A stretch of DNA of 20,000 nt from positions 52,484 to 72,483 of the forward strand of contig JABLTG010000101.1 of the NCBI GenBank assembly GCA_016618085.1, in the 5' to 3' direction. The stretch is from Neovahlkampfia damariscottae. Taxonomy: Eukaryota. Below the pieces are notes generated by a model. That model did not search any database, was not told where the DNA came from, and saw only the letters and a program-made list of their open reading frames with translations. Below are positions 9,114-20,000 of this stretch, in pieces (positions within the stretch are counted from its first letter, which is position 1; the number at the start of each line of letters is the position of its first letter). The position numbers and the translations under genes are program-made.

Positions 9114-11167
9114 ATGGACCAACAAATTGAAAGCAAGTTTATCACTGGTGTATGTGAGTTTTTAGAATCAAAACCTGATAATAAACAGTACCAAATCGCT
9201 TTAAAAGCACTGAAAGAATCCTCTTTCTTTGATGAGAACTTTCAAAAAATGAATCTTTATGAAAAATTCTATACTTCACAAACAACAAAAAGTACAATTG
9301 ATCATTTTTTAGATTTTCCTTTGAATTTACAATTTGAAACTGTAATTTAGATACATTCTTTTAAAAAACAAGATCTATTCAATTTTTTTGAATTTTAAAG
9401 ATAACGTCAAGTTAGAAGATCGGATTTATCGTTTGAAAACATTTAAAGATTGTATTTTTTTTTTTTTAATTTTAACTTTCCATTTTAGGTTTTATTGCTA
9501 AACAAGCAGTGGATGCAATAGCCCTAATATTGTCTGTTAAAAACATCTTCTTCTCATCCAATTTAAGAGAAGACTCTGTTTTAATTCTTCAACTTTTCAA
9601 CAAAATGGGTTACATTGAACATATTTCTGAGAAAGAAAGACCAATTAGTGATGCTTTACTTTTTTTCAAATTCAAACCAATCTCAAAAGATAAAAATGTG
9701 GCAAAACAAACATTTAAGCAAAAATTTGATGCATTTACAGTTGTTGAGAAACTTGATCTCACTAAAACAGAATTCAATTCTGATTATGTTTGCAAAGTGT
9801 TTTTGAAATTCCTTTCACAAATTGAAGTTAAAAATAGAAAATATAAATTAAAGACATACTCAAATTGTAAAAAATTGAATTTTGAATTTATGTTTTTTTT
9901 AAGGTTGGATTGCTCAAGAAGGAGTTGAATGGGGTGTTTCAAATACTGGTTTCTCCAAAGAAGACATGACAACGTTTTTAGATTTTTTTAGAAGAATTGG
10001 TTTGATTGAGCATGTTGTTGATAAATCAAAGAGTTTTCAAGATGACTATTTATTCTTTCGTTTCCAAAGTACAGTTAAAGAAAATAGAAAGATTGTAAAA
10101 TTAAAAGTTGAATCAGAAATTGAGTTAATGAACAGTGTAAAAAAAAAAAATTGATAAATGAATTCTTAGATGTTGAAATCAATGTTCCCAGAGAATTTAT
10201 GTATACTAATAGGACTTTCAAGATCTGGAAAAACGACATTATCAAAACTTTTCAATTTACATTTTTTGAATGAAACTTTCAGTGAAAATGAATTATCACA
10301 TATTTTCAATTCCATTTATTTTGACATCAAAAAATTAATGGAAGAAAACAAACAACTTTCATTTTTAAAAAATAAATATGAAACTGCTTTTTTGAATTTT
10401 TCAGTAGATTATTATGATGATGATTTGATGGATAATTTCAAAATATTGAAAAAAATTTGGGAAGAAGAAGAATTTCAAAAAGCATTTGAAAAAAGAAATG
10501 AAAGTGATTATAACTTCAATGATCATTTGAAATAGTTAGTTTCTTTTTCATTTTTCACAAAAATAGTTTGTTTGAAAATATTGATCGATTTCTCAGACAT
10601 GAGAATAATTTTGACAATTATTTGAGAACGTATCATAAGACATCTGGTATAATCACCAATTTAGTTGCTGATAATTTAAAAATTAATGATTGTGTTTATC
10701 AAAAAAACAAATGGAAAATTTGTAATTTTTTTGTTTGGAGGAATTAATCCTTAGTTTATCCATCTTGTAATCACGCTATATTTGTTATTTCATCAGTTTT
10801 CTATTTAAAGAAAGATGATCATACTTTTGAAAATGCAATGATGGAATCCATTGGTCAATTGAAAAATATGCTTGATGCATCAGAAAAATTTCATTTTCCT
10901 GTGTTTATCGTTTTGACTAAAACTGATTCTTTCAAAAGTGAATTTGATTTAAAAAAGTTTGGGGAATATTTTCCTACCTTCTTGCAAAAATTCAGCACCA
11001 AAGAAAATCCTTCATCACCTGATGTAGAAGCACTTGATTATTTACAAAACTTTTTCAAAACATTTGATGAAAGAATTCAAAAAGTCTATGCTTTAAATCT
11101 GATGATTATGGATGAATTCAATGTCTTTGTTAAAGATTTAGAAAATGAAATGAAAATCTCAGGTTAG
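9114..11167 (+). CDS. LisH-like + two DEP domains + divergent heterotrimeric G-alpha-like domain, multi-exon
   Basis: DEP1 DRIYRLKTFKDC..IEHI..FFKF; DEP2 NRKYKLKTYSNC..IEHVVD..FQDDYLFFRF. G-alpha motifs GLSRSGKT, LRTYHKTSG, DCVYQ, NAMMES, LTKTD. Confidence 0.75.
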
Positions 11168-11217
11168 GTTTCCTTAACAAGATGGAAGATCATTTGAAAG
11201 TGTCATTGAAGTTTTAT

Positions 11218-12850
11218 TTAAATCTTTGAAAGACCAAGTCCTTGAGCAACTCTTGTACCAAATGCTTTATCAACTTTCATAAATATTCCAACTTGTCTTG
11301 CTTGAATTTCTTTTTTTGCATTTTTCAAATGTCCAACAATATTTTCAACTAAAAATGTTTTTTCTTGATCATTCAAAACATTCACCCAAAAAGCAGCTGG
11401 TTGTTCAAAGTTATTATTTGGATGAACATAAGGAGATCTAATAATTTGTCCATAAACATTCATTGGTGTTTCTTTTGCATCAGGTACTTCAATTGGTCCA
11501 TTTAAACTATTTGGTTCATAATTTGGTGCATCACCACCATTTCCATTAACACACATTAATCCATCTCTTGAGTAATGATTCAATTTTCCTTTTAAAGGTG
11601 CATTAATTGGAATTTGTGAATAATTTGGTCCTAATCTGTGACGATGTGTATCATTATAACTGAAAATTCTTCCTTGTAACATTTTATCAGGTGAAGCTTC
11701 AATTCCAGGAACTAAATTTCCAGGTGAGAATGCCTACAAAAAATGTTAAAAAAAAAAACTCTGAAGTACAGATTGTTCAGTTTCAGCAAAGTAGTTCTTT
11801 GGATTTCTATTTAAATTCATTTTTCCAAATGGAATTAAAGGATACTATAAAAAATAATTAAAAGAAAAAAAAACTAACGTCTTTGTGTGGCCAAACTTTT
11901 GTCATATCAAAAACATCAAATTTATATCTTGCTGCTTCATCAAAAGTCATAACTTGAAAGTATGCTGACCATGAAGCTGTTTTACCAGATTCAATAAATT
12001 CAAATAAATCTCTTGTCGCAAAATCAGGATCTTCACCAGCTAATTTAACAGCTTCTTTTGCTGGAATATTTTTAATTTTTTGATCTGTTTTAAAATGCAT
12101 TTTACACCAAAATGATTGTCCTTTTTCATTGACAAGTTTAAATGTATGTCCTGAGTAACTTTTAAAGTTTAAGATTTTTTTTTTTTTTTTTACCCATTCA
12201 TGTGTGTAAAACCATAAGGAGTTCCTCTTGAACTAAATAAAATCATAACTTGATGAATTGATTCAGGTGATAAACTGAGAAAGTCCCAAAACATATTAGC
12301 ATCTCCCAAGTTTGTTTGTGGGTTTTTTTTTTGGGTATGAATGAAATCTGGGAATTTAACAGGATCTCTAATAAAAAATACAGGTGTACTTTTAAAATAA
12401 TTAGAAAAATAAAAATAAAAGGTTACTTGTTTCCGACCATGTCGTAATTTCCATCTTCTGTGTAGAATTTGACAGCAAATCCTCTTGGATCACGAGCAGT
12501 ATCAGCTGAACCTTTTTCACCTCCTACTGTTGAAAATCTTGCAAAGATTGGTGTTCTTTTTCCAACTTTGTTTAAGAATTTAGCTTTTGTGTATTTTGTG
12601 ACATCATGAGTAACTTCAAAGTAACCATGTGCACCAGCTCCTTTTGCGTGAACAACTCTTTCAGGAATTCTTTCGCTAAAATGAAAAGTTTTAATTTTCT
12701 TTTTTTTTTTTACCGATCAAAATGAGCTAATTTGTTCAAGAGGTGGTAGTCTTGCATTAAGATAGGTCCATTAACACCAGCTGTTAAGGAGTTTTGATTG
12801 TCACCAATTGGATGACCATATACATCAGTTAAGGTTTTTTTCATCTTCAT
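11218..12850 (-). CDS. CAT: Monofunctional heme catalase, multi-exon, with PTS1-like C-terminus SKI
   Basis: [48 protein letters not shown]. Confidence 0.97.
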
Positions 12851-13203
12851 AATCTAATTTGCGGAAAATAATGGAATGATCTTATTTGTTGATCAACAGT
12901 GGAAGAAAAATATGAAGATGATTGGATGAATTTCCCAAACATTCCAAAGAAAAAATAAATGGAATAATTTCAGGTTTCTGTGAGAAATATTCATTTTTAG
13001 ACCATACTATCGATTTCTTTGGAAAACCAAGATGAAAAGCAAGATTGAAAGACTCTTAAGAACTCCTTCCATGTGGATGATTGAATGGAATAGAAAGAAT
13101 TGATATTGCTCTGTTCCACAATTCTTTTGACAAAATAAATAGACCAATCATTCCAATTGGCGTTTCTATTGGTCAAAAATCATTGAAGCAAAGTCGTTGA
13201 AAA

Positions 13204-15889
13204 ATGGATTTTGGTCTTTCTCCTCGGAACGATGATGAAGACATTTTTCAAAGTAAAAAACAATCAAGTTCCGAATTTAATTTTGATGATGCTCTGGAGA
13301 GATTTGAAACGGGTGGTTTCTTTGCGACACCAGAAAAAAAAACAAATCATAATATACCCTCAAACTTTTCAGATAACTTTGAAGAAGAAAATAATCAGAA
13401 GAAAGACAATAGTAACTTTTATTTTTCATTTTAAAATTTTTTTTTTTTTAGTCACAAAGGAAGAAGAAAAAAATGAAAAAGAATTTGAATTTGATTCTAA
13501 TGACAATACACCTATAAAAAAAGAAAGGAATTTTGATTTCTTTGATTCACCAGAACCAACAATCATTTTGAATTCTCCTTCACTGAATTTAAAACAAGAG
13601 GAAGAGGAGACTGTAATATTAGAAGAAGAAAATGTAGAAATAAAAGAAAAAGAATCATTGAAAAATAAATCGGAAATTAAACAAAAAACACAACAACAAC
13701 AAGAAAAAGATGAAAATCTCAGTGAAGAAAAAATTGAAGAAAATGAAGTTTTAGACATTCAAAAAGAAGAGAATGACATACAAGAAAAAGATGAAATGGT
13801 GAATTCTGTGAAGAACTCTCCAAATAGATTTTTTGATGACATTGAAGAGGAGGAATTTGAAGATTTCACAAAAGAAACAAATGAACAAGATGAAATAAAA
13901 GATAGTTTTGGTGAACCTTTTGACGATTCAAATAAAGAAGAATTTGAACAAAAAAATGAAAAAGTTGAAGAAAAAGTACCAACAGAAAAAGTAGAAAAAC
14001 CAACTGAACAAGTGGTAAAACAACAAGAAGAGGATGATGATTTTGATGATTTTGATGATTTTGAAAAAAACAAAACAAAAGAGGAAAAAGAAGAAGAAAA
14101 TGAATTTAATGATGTGAAAAAAACAACTCCAGAACAGAAGCAAGAAGAAGAAGAAGGTGATGATGACTTTGGTGATTTTGAAGATGCTAACCAAAATGAT
14201 GAATTTGACTTTAAAAAATCAAATGATGATTTTGAGAATTTTAACTCAACAATTCAAGAGGAAGAAAATGAATTCAAAGAAGAGGATGAAGATGAATTTG
14301 AAGATTTTAAAAATGCAACTGAAGATGATGACTTTGGTGATTTTGAAGAAAATGAAGATTTTGGAACATTTATAGAAGAAGAAGAAGATTTTGGTGACTT
14401 TGAAACATCAGAAGAAACCATGATTGTATCTCCAGAAAAAGAAATAAAATCAGAAATAACAAATGATGCTCCAAACTTCCTTGAAGTAAAAAAAAAAAAA
14501 AAAAATTTTTAAACAAATCCTTAGATTTTGGAGAATTCATCAACCAAAGAAATTTTATCATACACACAAAATTTATCAGAAAAAATGCTACCTTCAATGT
14601 TTCCTCAAACTATTGATTGGAAACTAAAAGAGGAAGATACATTCCAAAGTTTATTTTCATCAAAGTAAAAAAAGTTGTTTTTAATTTTTAGTTCTGATGT
14701 TTATGGTAAAATGGGTATATGGGAAGGTTCAGTTATTCAAACTCAATTAATGAATACAGTTGGTATAACAAAAGGTGTTAAAAAAAAACCAACAAGAAGA
14801 ATGCATTCAAGAACTTCATCACAATATGACACAGTTTCAGAAACAGATGGAAAACATTCAGATATTGCTCAAATTTCAAGAAATGAACTTTTTATTCAAA
14901 AATTAAGTGTTGTTAATACAACAAAAATACGAGATGCTTCCATGAAATTAAGTCCTCATAAATTTACAAAAAATCAATCAAGAGTTCAAGAATTACCTCA
15001 AAGAGTACCTTATAGTAAAGTTATTGTGAAAAAGGCAAAAAGTGAAGATGGTGTGGAAGAAAAATCAATTGGAGTTGAAAAACATTCATTGAAGAATAGA
15101 TCAACACCAAATTTAACAGCAGGTGATAATTCAAAGTTTACTCAGTTTGAAGATGAAGAACCAGTTCTTTCAGAACCACTTGATAAAACAGATTCAAAAA
15201 AAGAAGAGGAAGACGATTTTGATGCGGATTTTGAAACAGATTTTGAAACTAAAGAATCTCCAATACCTATTGAAGTTATTAGTCGTATTAAACCTGTTGA
15301 AAAGAAATTAGAATTTGATAATGAAAATGGATTTGAAGCTAATTTTGATGAAGAACCAGAATTTGAAGCAAATTTTAATGAAACAGAAACCAAAATTGAT
15401 AATAAACAAGAAGAAGAAGAAGAAAAGACACCTCCTGGGTTTGAAGTAAACTTTGATGAAGAAGATCATTTTTCATCAAAACCTAAAAAAGAAGATAATT
15501 TCAACTCAGCTTTTGATTCTAATTTTGATGATGATGAAGTTCAAGTACATCCAGGTTTTGAAGTAAGTTTTGATGAACAAGATGATGATTTTACAACAAA
15601 ATCAACTGACAAAAATGAAACAAAATTTATATCAAGTTTTGATAAAGAAGAAGAAGAAGATCATTTTTCGTCAAAAACAAGTTCATTTAATAATGATTCA
15701 AATTTTGATGAAAAATTAGAAATGTTTCAAACAAGTTCTTTAATTGGATTTGAATCAACTTTTAAACAAGAAAAATCTGTTAAAAACTCATTTGATGATT
15801 CATTTGAAATAGAAGCAAATTCAATCATCAAAAAAATACCAAACCTTTCTTATTTAAATGATAAAATAAACACAAATGAGTTTTCGTAA
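13204..15889 (+). CDS. Aftiphilin-like clathrin/AP-1 accessory protein, spliced
   Basis: Acidic low-complexity protein with repeated DDFGDF/DFGTF gamma-ear-binding-type motifs, a WEGS..LMNTVGI block and C-terminal IPNLSYL. Confidence 0.65.
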
Positions 15890-15898
15890 ATAAAATTT

Positions 15899-16722
15899 TT
15901 ATAAATCATTATTTTTGATGAATCTATTTCCTTCTGAGTTTTTGCCAGTATAAACTTGTTTTGTGTATGAAAAATAAGTTGCATTTCCATCTCTTTTTGT
16001 TGGTTTTAACTCTTCTTCATTTCCTTTTTTTTCATCTTCAGGTTTCATGTTTGAATTTAACTAAAATTTTAATTTTTTTTTTTTATACTTTTTGATAATC
16101 AGGTGTAACAACTTTACAATATTGACCTCTTTTTGCAGCTTCTTTTTTTTCTTTTTCATCAACAATTTTACTGTCTAAATAAAGTAAATTTTGTAAATGA
16201 TGCAAAACATAAAGTCTGTACCTGTTGAAGTATAGGTTAGATTTTAAATGGTTTTTTTTTTACATTTTGTAATCGTCAGAATCATTTCCAGTGAATTCAT
16301 TTGGGCAACATGGATTTTTTAAAAGTGATACTTGTTTGAGTTTTGGAAAAGTTTTGAGAGCTTTAATCAAAGCATCAATGTCACTAATATGATTACTATT
16401 TAACCAAAGAGTTTCTAAATTTTCCAATTCTAAATCTTTTGGTAATTCTTCGATTTCGTTGTTGTCCATCACTAAAGACTTGAAAAAAATTGAATTTGAA
16501 ATCAAAATTTTACCCTTAATTTTGAAAAATTATTCAAGTGTTCGATTTTTCTTTTTGTTTTAAATTTTTTTTTTGTTACTTTATTTGGTTGTAACTGAAA
16601 TCAAGACTTTCTATTTGGGTTCCAAATAATGAATATAAATTATCTGGTATTTCTTCTATATCTCTTGCTGCAACAGAAAGATGAGTTTGGTTATTCGTCA
16701 ACTTTAAATTTAAGTTTGACAT
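15899..16722 (-). CDS. LRMDA: Leucine-rich melanocyte differentiation-associated protein (C10orf11)-like, multi-exon
   Basis: LRRs, LLKNPCCPNE..DY.MYRLYVL..L.YLD, and C-terminal GKNSEGNRFIKNNDL*. Confidence 0.85.
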
Positions 16723-16904
16723 GATTTTGATTGGAAGCTGAATGATTGGTTGACTTATTCTAGATTCAAATGGTGAAATGAAGAAAAAAAATCCAACAGA
16801 AAACTGTTGTTTTCATATTATTTGAATTATAAACGGAACAATAAGAAACACCACCATACAAAGCTACATTAATATTAATTCTTTAATAACTTGATGTTTC
16901 AAAA

Positions 16905-17057
16905 ATGGAACATTTTGATGATGATTCCTCATTTATCTTGACAATCCTTTTCACTTGTATTTTATTATTCATGGATACAAGTTCTGGGAATATTGGAAAA
17001 AACATCTCACAAGATTTTGAAGAATTTGAAAATTGTTCTACATTTCAAACAAATTAA
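16905..17057 (+). CDS. Possible 50-aa peptide with one hydrophobic segment
   Basis: MEHFDDDSSFILTILFTCILLFMD..; ORF evidence only. Confidence 0.2.
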   Translation: MEHFDDDSSFILTILFTCILLFMDTSSGNIGKNISQDFEEFENCSTFQTN

Positions 17058-17101
17058 GGTTCACAATCAACCAAAGAGAAAGTATTGTTATAAATAAACA
17101 T

Positions 17102-18181
17102 TCATTCCATTTGGGAGCACTCAAATTCTATTTTTAGTTTTTCCCAAATATTTTTGATCAAAAATGATGTAATATCATCTAGTTGATAATAATGTTGTAA
17201 TCTTTCACCTTTAATTGTAAATTTAAAAAAGTCTAAGTTTCTATTCTTCATTTCAATTTCAAATTCATTTTTATCAACTTTACTTTCTAAATCAGATTTA
17301 GTTCCAACAATCACAAAATTGATGTATTTGTCACCATATTCTTCAATATATTTTAACCAATTTTCAACTTTTTTAATTAAATTTTCTTCATTTAAAGAAA
17401 TCAATAAATAGATTCCATCACAACAATTCAAGTCTTCAATTACTGATTTAGAAAATCTACTTGAAAATGGAACATCCATATATGAAATATTAACTTGTTG
17501 AGTATCTAAAATCCCCTTTTTTTCTTTCTTATTATCTTTTTTGTCGCAATATATTCTTTTGTGTATTTTAAATTACAAATATGATTCAAAAATTCAGTTT
17601 TACCAGAATAAGAATCACCCAATACAATAAATTCAAAATTTTTCGAAGTTTCATACTCTATTTCAATTTGTTTTCCATATTTTTGTTTTACTTCTTCATT
17701 TAAATTGGTTTTATTTTTTTGGTTTCTTTCATCTTTCCAAATTTCTTTCACCAAATAATTAAAACATAGATTAACATTTTCTCTTGTTATTGATGACGTT
17801 TCAAAATATTTTATCGGAAAACTGAATAAATTGTTTGAATATTCAATTCCAATATTTAATGGAATTATTCTTTTTAAATCTTTTTTTCCTCCAATTAAAA
17901 TAATCTTTGGTTTAAAATGGACATTCTCTTTATTTTTCAAAACATTTTCATTAATGATATCTTTCCAATAATTTAAATTTTGTAAAGTTGAAAGGTCAGT
18001 TAAATCAAAAGTTAACAAAATTCCATCAGAAATGCTTAAATTTTGGATGAAAATACTTTCAAAATTAAGATCACTTGAGTTATCCAATATATCTAATTTT
18101 ACATTTGATTCATCAATTATTCTATTTTCTCGATAAGAATCAAATATCGTTCTTCATTTTTAAACTAGAATATTCTTACGG
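17102..18181 (-). pseudogene. Tandem (two-domain) Ras/Rab-like GTPase, 5'-interrupted and frameshifted
   Basis: Domain 1 PTIFDSYRE..KLDILD, GGKKD, ETSS; its P-loop is missing. Domain 2 GDSYSGKT, GTKSD. 28-nt intron at 18152-18179 and a 1-nt frameshift in the A-run near 17537-17542. Confidence 0.75.
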
Positions 18182-18323
18182 CCAATGAATTGATGGATAT
18201 TGTGATAAAAGTGGCCAATTAGATTTAATTTTGCCAGTTATTTTTAGAATTTTTATTTGAAGTTGTTCAAGTTGAACAAAAAAGACCTTTTGTTCAACTA
18301 GAAAATACTGAAAAAGATCTCAA
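18176..18323 (+). repeat. Direct repeat copy 2 (target hexamer plus element left end)
   Basis: Matches 419-566 at 145 of 148 positions. Confidence 0.97.
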
Positions 18324-18332
18324 GTATTTAAA

Positions 18333-18512
18333 ATGTCCAAACAGCTCAAATTGGATTCATTTTGGAAAGAAAAAAATGTTACTTCACCTCCTTCAACCGA
18401 TCATAGTATCAGTGAAACAGCTTGGATTAATTGTAAAGTTTATTTTGATATTGAAATCATCAACAAAACATCAGTATCACCTACAAATGTTGATTTAGAT
18501 CACGTCTGTTGA
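18333..18512 (+). CDS. 59-aa ORF immediately after the left end; possibly the truncated N-terminus of the element's protein
   Basis: MSKQLKLDSFWKEKNVTSPPSTDHSISETAWINCKVY..*; ATG in AAAATG context, 9 nt after the shared repeat ends. Confidence 0.45.
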   Translation: MSKQLKLDSFWKEKNVTSPPSTDHSISETAWINCKVYFDIEIINKTSVSPTNVDLDHVC

Positions 18513-18559
18513 ACAGGGAATTATTAAAACTTGCAAGAATGTTTGAAAGAAACAAATAT

Positions 18560-19300
18560 CCGAAAGCTGTGCTTCAAAGACAATACACTATATCATATGC
18601 TTAAAGAAGAATTGTAACAGAACAGATTCATAAATGGTTGGAAGATGGAACAATCGAAATTGCCAACGGAGATGTAGAACATTCAAATTCGATCATGATG
18701 ACTCCAAAGAAAGATGGTGATTGGCGGTTATGCATTGATTTCAGATATCTCAACAAATGTCTTGAAAATCCTGATACTCAATATTTACCATTGATTGATA
18801 ATATTTGAACAAGTTTCAAAAACTAAAATTTTTTCAGTGATTCATCTTTCAAATGCTTACAATTCAATTAAAATTCCGGAAGAATATAGATGGACAATCC
18901 AATTCAACTGGCAAAACAAGACTTACAGACACCTTGGAGCTCCATTTAGAATCAAATTCCTTCCAGGTTATTTTTGCAAAATTATGAAAGATATTTTGAA
19001 AGACTGTACAAATTGTCTCAGTTCTGTAGATGATATTATTATTTTCTCCAACAACATTCAAGAACATCAACTTCACATTCAAAAAGTGTTAGATGCTTTA
19101 ACTGCTGCTAATATGACTATAAAAACATCCAAGTGCCATTTTGGGCTAACGTCAATTAAATTACTTGGTCATGTTAATTCACATTGTAAACTTTCCGTGG
19201 ACATAGACAAATTAGGAAACTTGACAAATTGGGAAAAACCAAATACACTAAAGAAACTCCAGAAATGGATTGGATTTGTTTCATATTTTAGATGTTATTT
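18560..19300 (+). pseudogene. Degenerate Ty3/Gypsy-type reverse transcriptase
   Basis: QRQYTIS..PKKDGDWRLCIDFRYLN..LPLID, IHLSNAY, APFRIK, SVDDIIIFS, KCHF..LLGH, GFVSYFR. TAA at 18602 and a frameshift near 18800. Confidence 0.9.
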
Positions 19301-20000
19301 TATGGCAGACACTTTAGTGCTTTGTGAGGCGAATAAACTCTTGTTTTTCACTGTCACCACTTATTCTGATTTATTTACATGATCGTACTTGCTATATCGC
19401 TACATTTTTTCTTTGAACGGTAAGAAAAACAAAGAATGGATTATTACAAAACATTAAAAAACAAATTTTTAGGCATCAAATCTATGGTGGATATCATGAA
19501 AGGAACCATCAAGAAGAAAAAGTCTTCATATTACACTACACCATGGATGGAGATTCTTGTTTTGCCTGATAATGCTTGAATTGTGCTCAAAGACTTCTTT
19601 TCAAATGAGAATCTTGGAGGAGCCTCAACTGTTCAGTTTATTTACTCAGATGACAAAAGACTAAAACAGTGCATTTTTGGAAGAATTGATTTTGCTTCAG
19701 GAGTTGCAATGAATCTTTTGAATGAATCTAATTGATGTTCCAATTTGATATTTGAGCATACTTCCCCTAGAATCTTAATACATTTTGAAGGACTATCTTG
19801 ATTCTCTAAAATTGATGTTTGTTCCGGAACAGGAAGGTATTTCTTTGATCCAGTTTTGATATAAGTGTCAATGTATATTTCAATTTTTCAGTGACATTCA
19901 TCTTTTTCTTTGATTGTGATTTGAGAAGTGAATGATAATCAACAATCAAATCCCATGAATCAGAGTTGAACTCTTTTTTTAAAAATTCATGATACAATTT
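19301..20000. pseudogene. Degenerate coding-like DNA of unknown identity
   Basis: Long stop-poor frames on both strands. The minus ORF 19806-19997 enters from beyond the window. Confidence 0.3.

Larger units (their letters stand above)
18182..20000 (+). mobile_element. Second IS607-like/Fanzor-family insertion carrying or invaded by a Gypsy RT remnant; right end not found in the window
   Basis: Same left end as copy 1, interrupts a host gene, and is followed by degenerate TE-like coding DNA. Confidence 0.6.

Noticed and set aside
12860..13200. Possible small spliced gene between catalase and the aftiphilin-like gene
   Set aside because: An intron-like segment exists, but every frame is interrupted by stops and no coherent product could be built.
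13426..14597. Several antisense and alternate-frame ORFs, and apparent GATGATTTTG repeats
   Set aside because: These are shadows of the acidic low-complexity aftiphilin-like coding sequence, not a repeat array or CRISPR.
419..18323. The two 148-bp direct repeats as LTRs or ends of one 17.9-kb element
   Set aside because: They enclose ordinary housekeeping genes, lack TG..CA termini, and each independently interrupts a different host gene.
18182..18323. The repeat as the 5' exon of the Ras-like gene
   Set aside because: The minus frame has no ATG before a TGA and no GxxxxGK P-loop.
18795..19382. Active reverse transcriptase (retron- or DGR-like system)
   Set aside because: The motifs are Ty3/Gypsy type. 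The first catalytic Asp reads His, YxDD reads SVDD, and there is a stop and a frameshift upstream.

Overview
AT-rich, gene-dense eukaryotic (protist-like) DNA with very short GT-AG introns (about 27-60 nt). The host genes are ALKBH8, FAM172A/ARB2A, an AFG2/SPATA5-like AAA ATPase, a tiny survivin-helix-like gene, RMC1, a LisH-DEP-DEP-Galpha-like fusion, catalase, an aftiphilin-like gene, LRMDA and a tandem Ras-like GTPase. The main finding is two copies of an IS607-like Fanzor2 (eukaryotic TnpB) transposon family. Copy 1 (about 425-989) is complete at both ends but internally deleted. It has a left end, the Fanzor C-terminus and a pseudoknotted omegaRNA-like right end, and is bounded by CGG on both sides. 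Removing it restores a host reading frame. Copy 2 (from about 18182) shares the left end (3 mismatches in 148 bp) and truncates the Ras-like gene at a splice donor. It continues into a short ORF with a PIP-box motif and then a degenerate Ty3/Gypsy reverse transcriptase. Both copies follow the same host hexamer, TTACGG.
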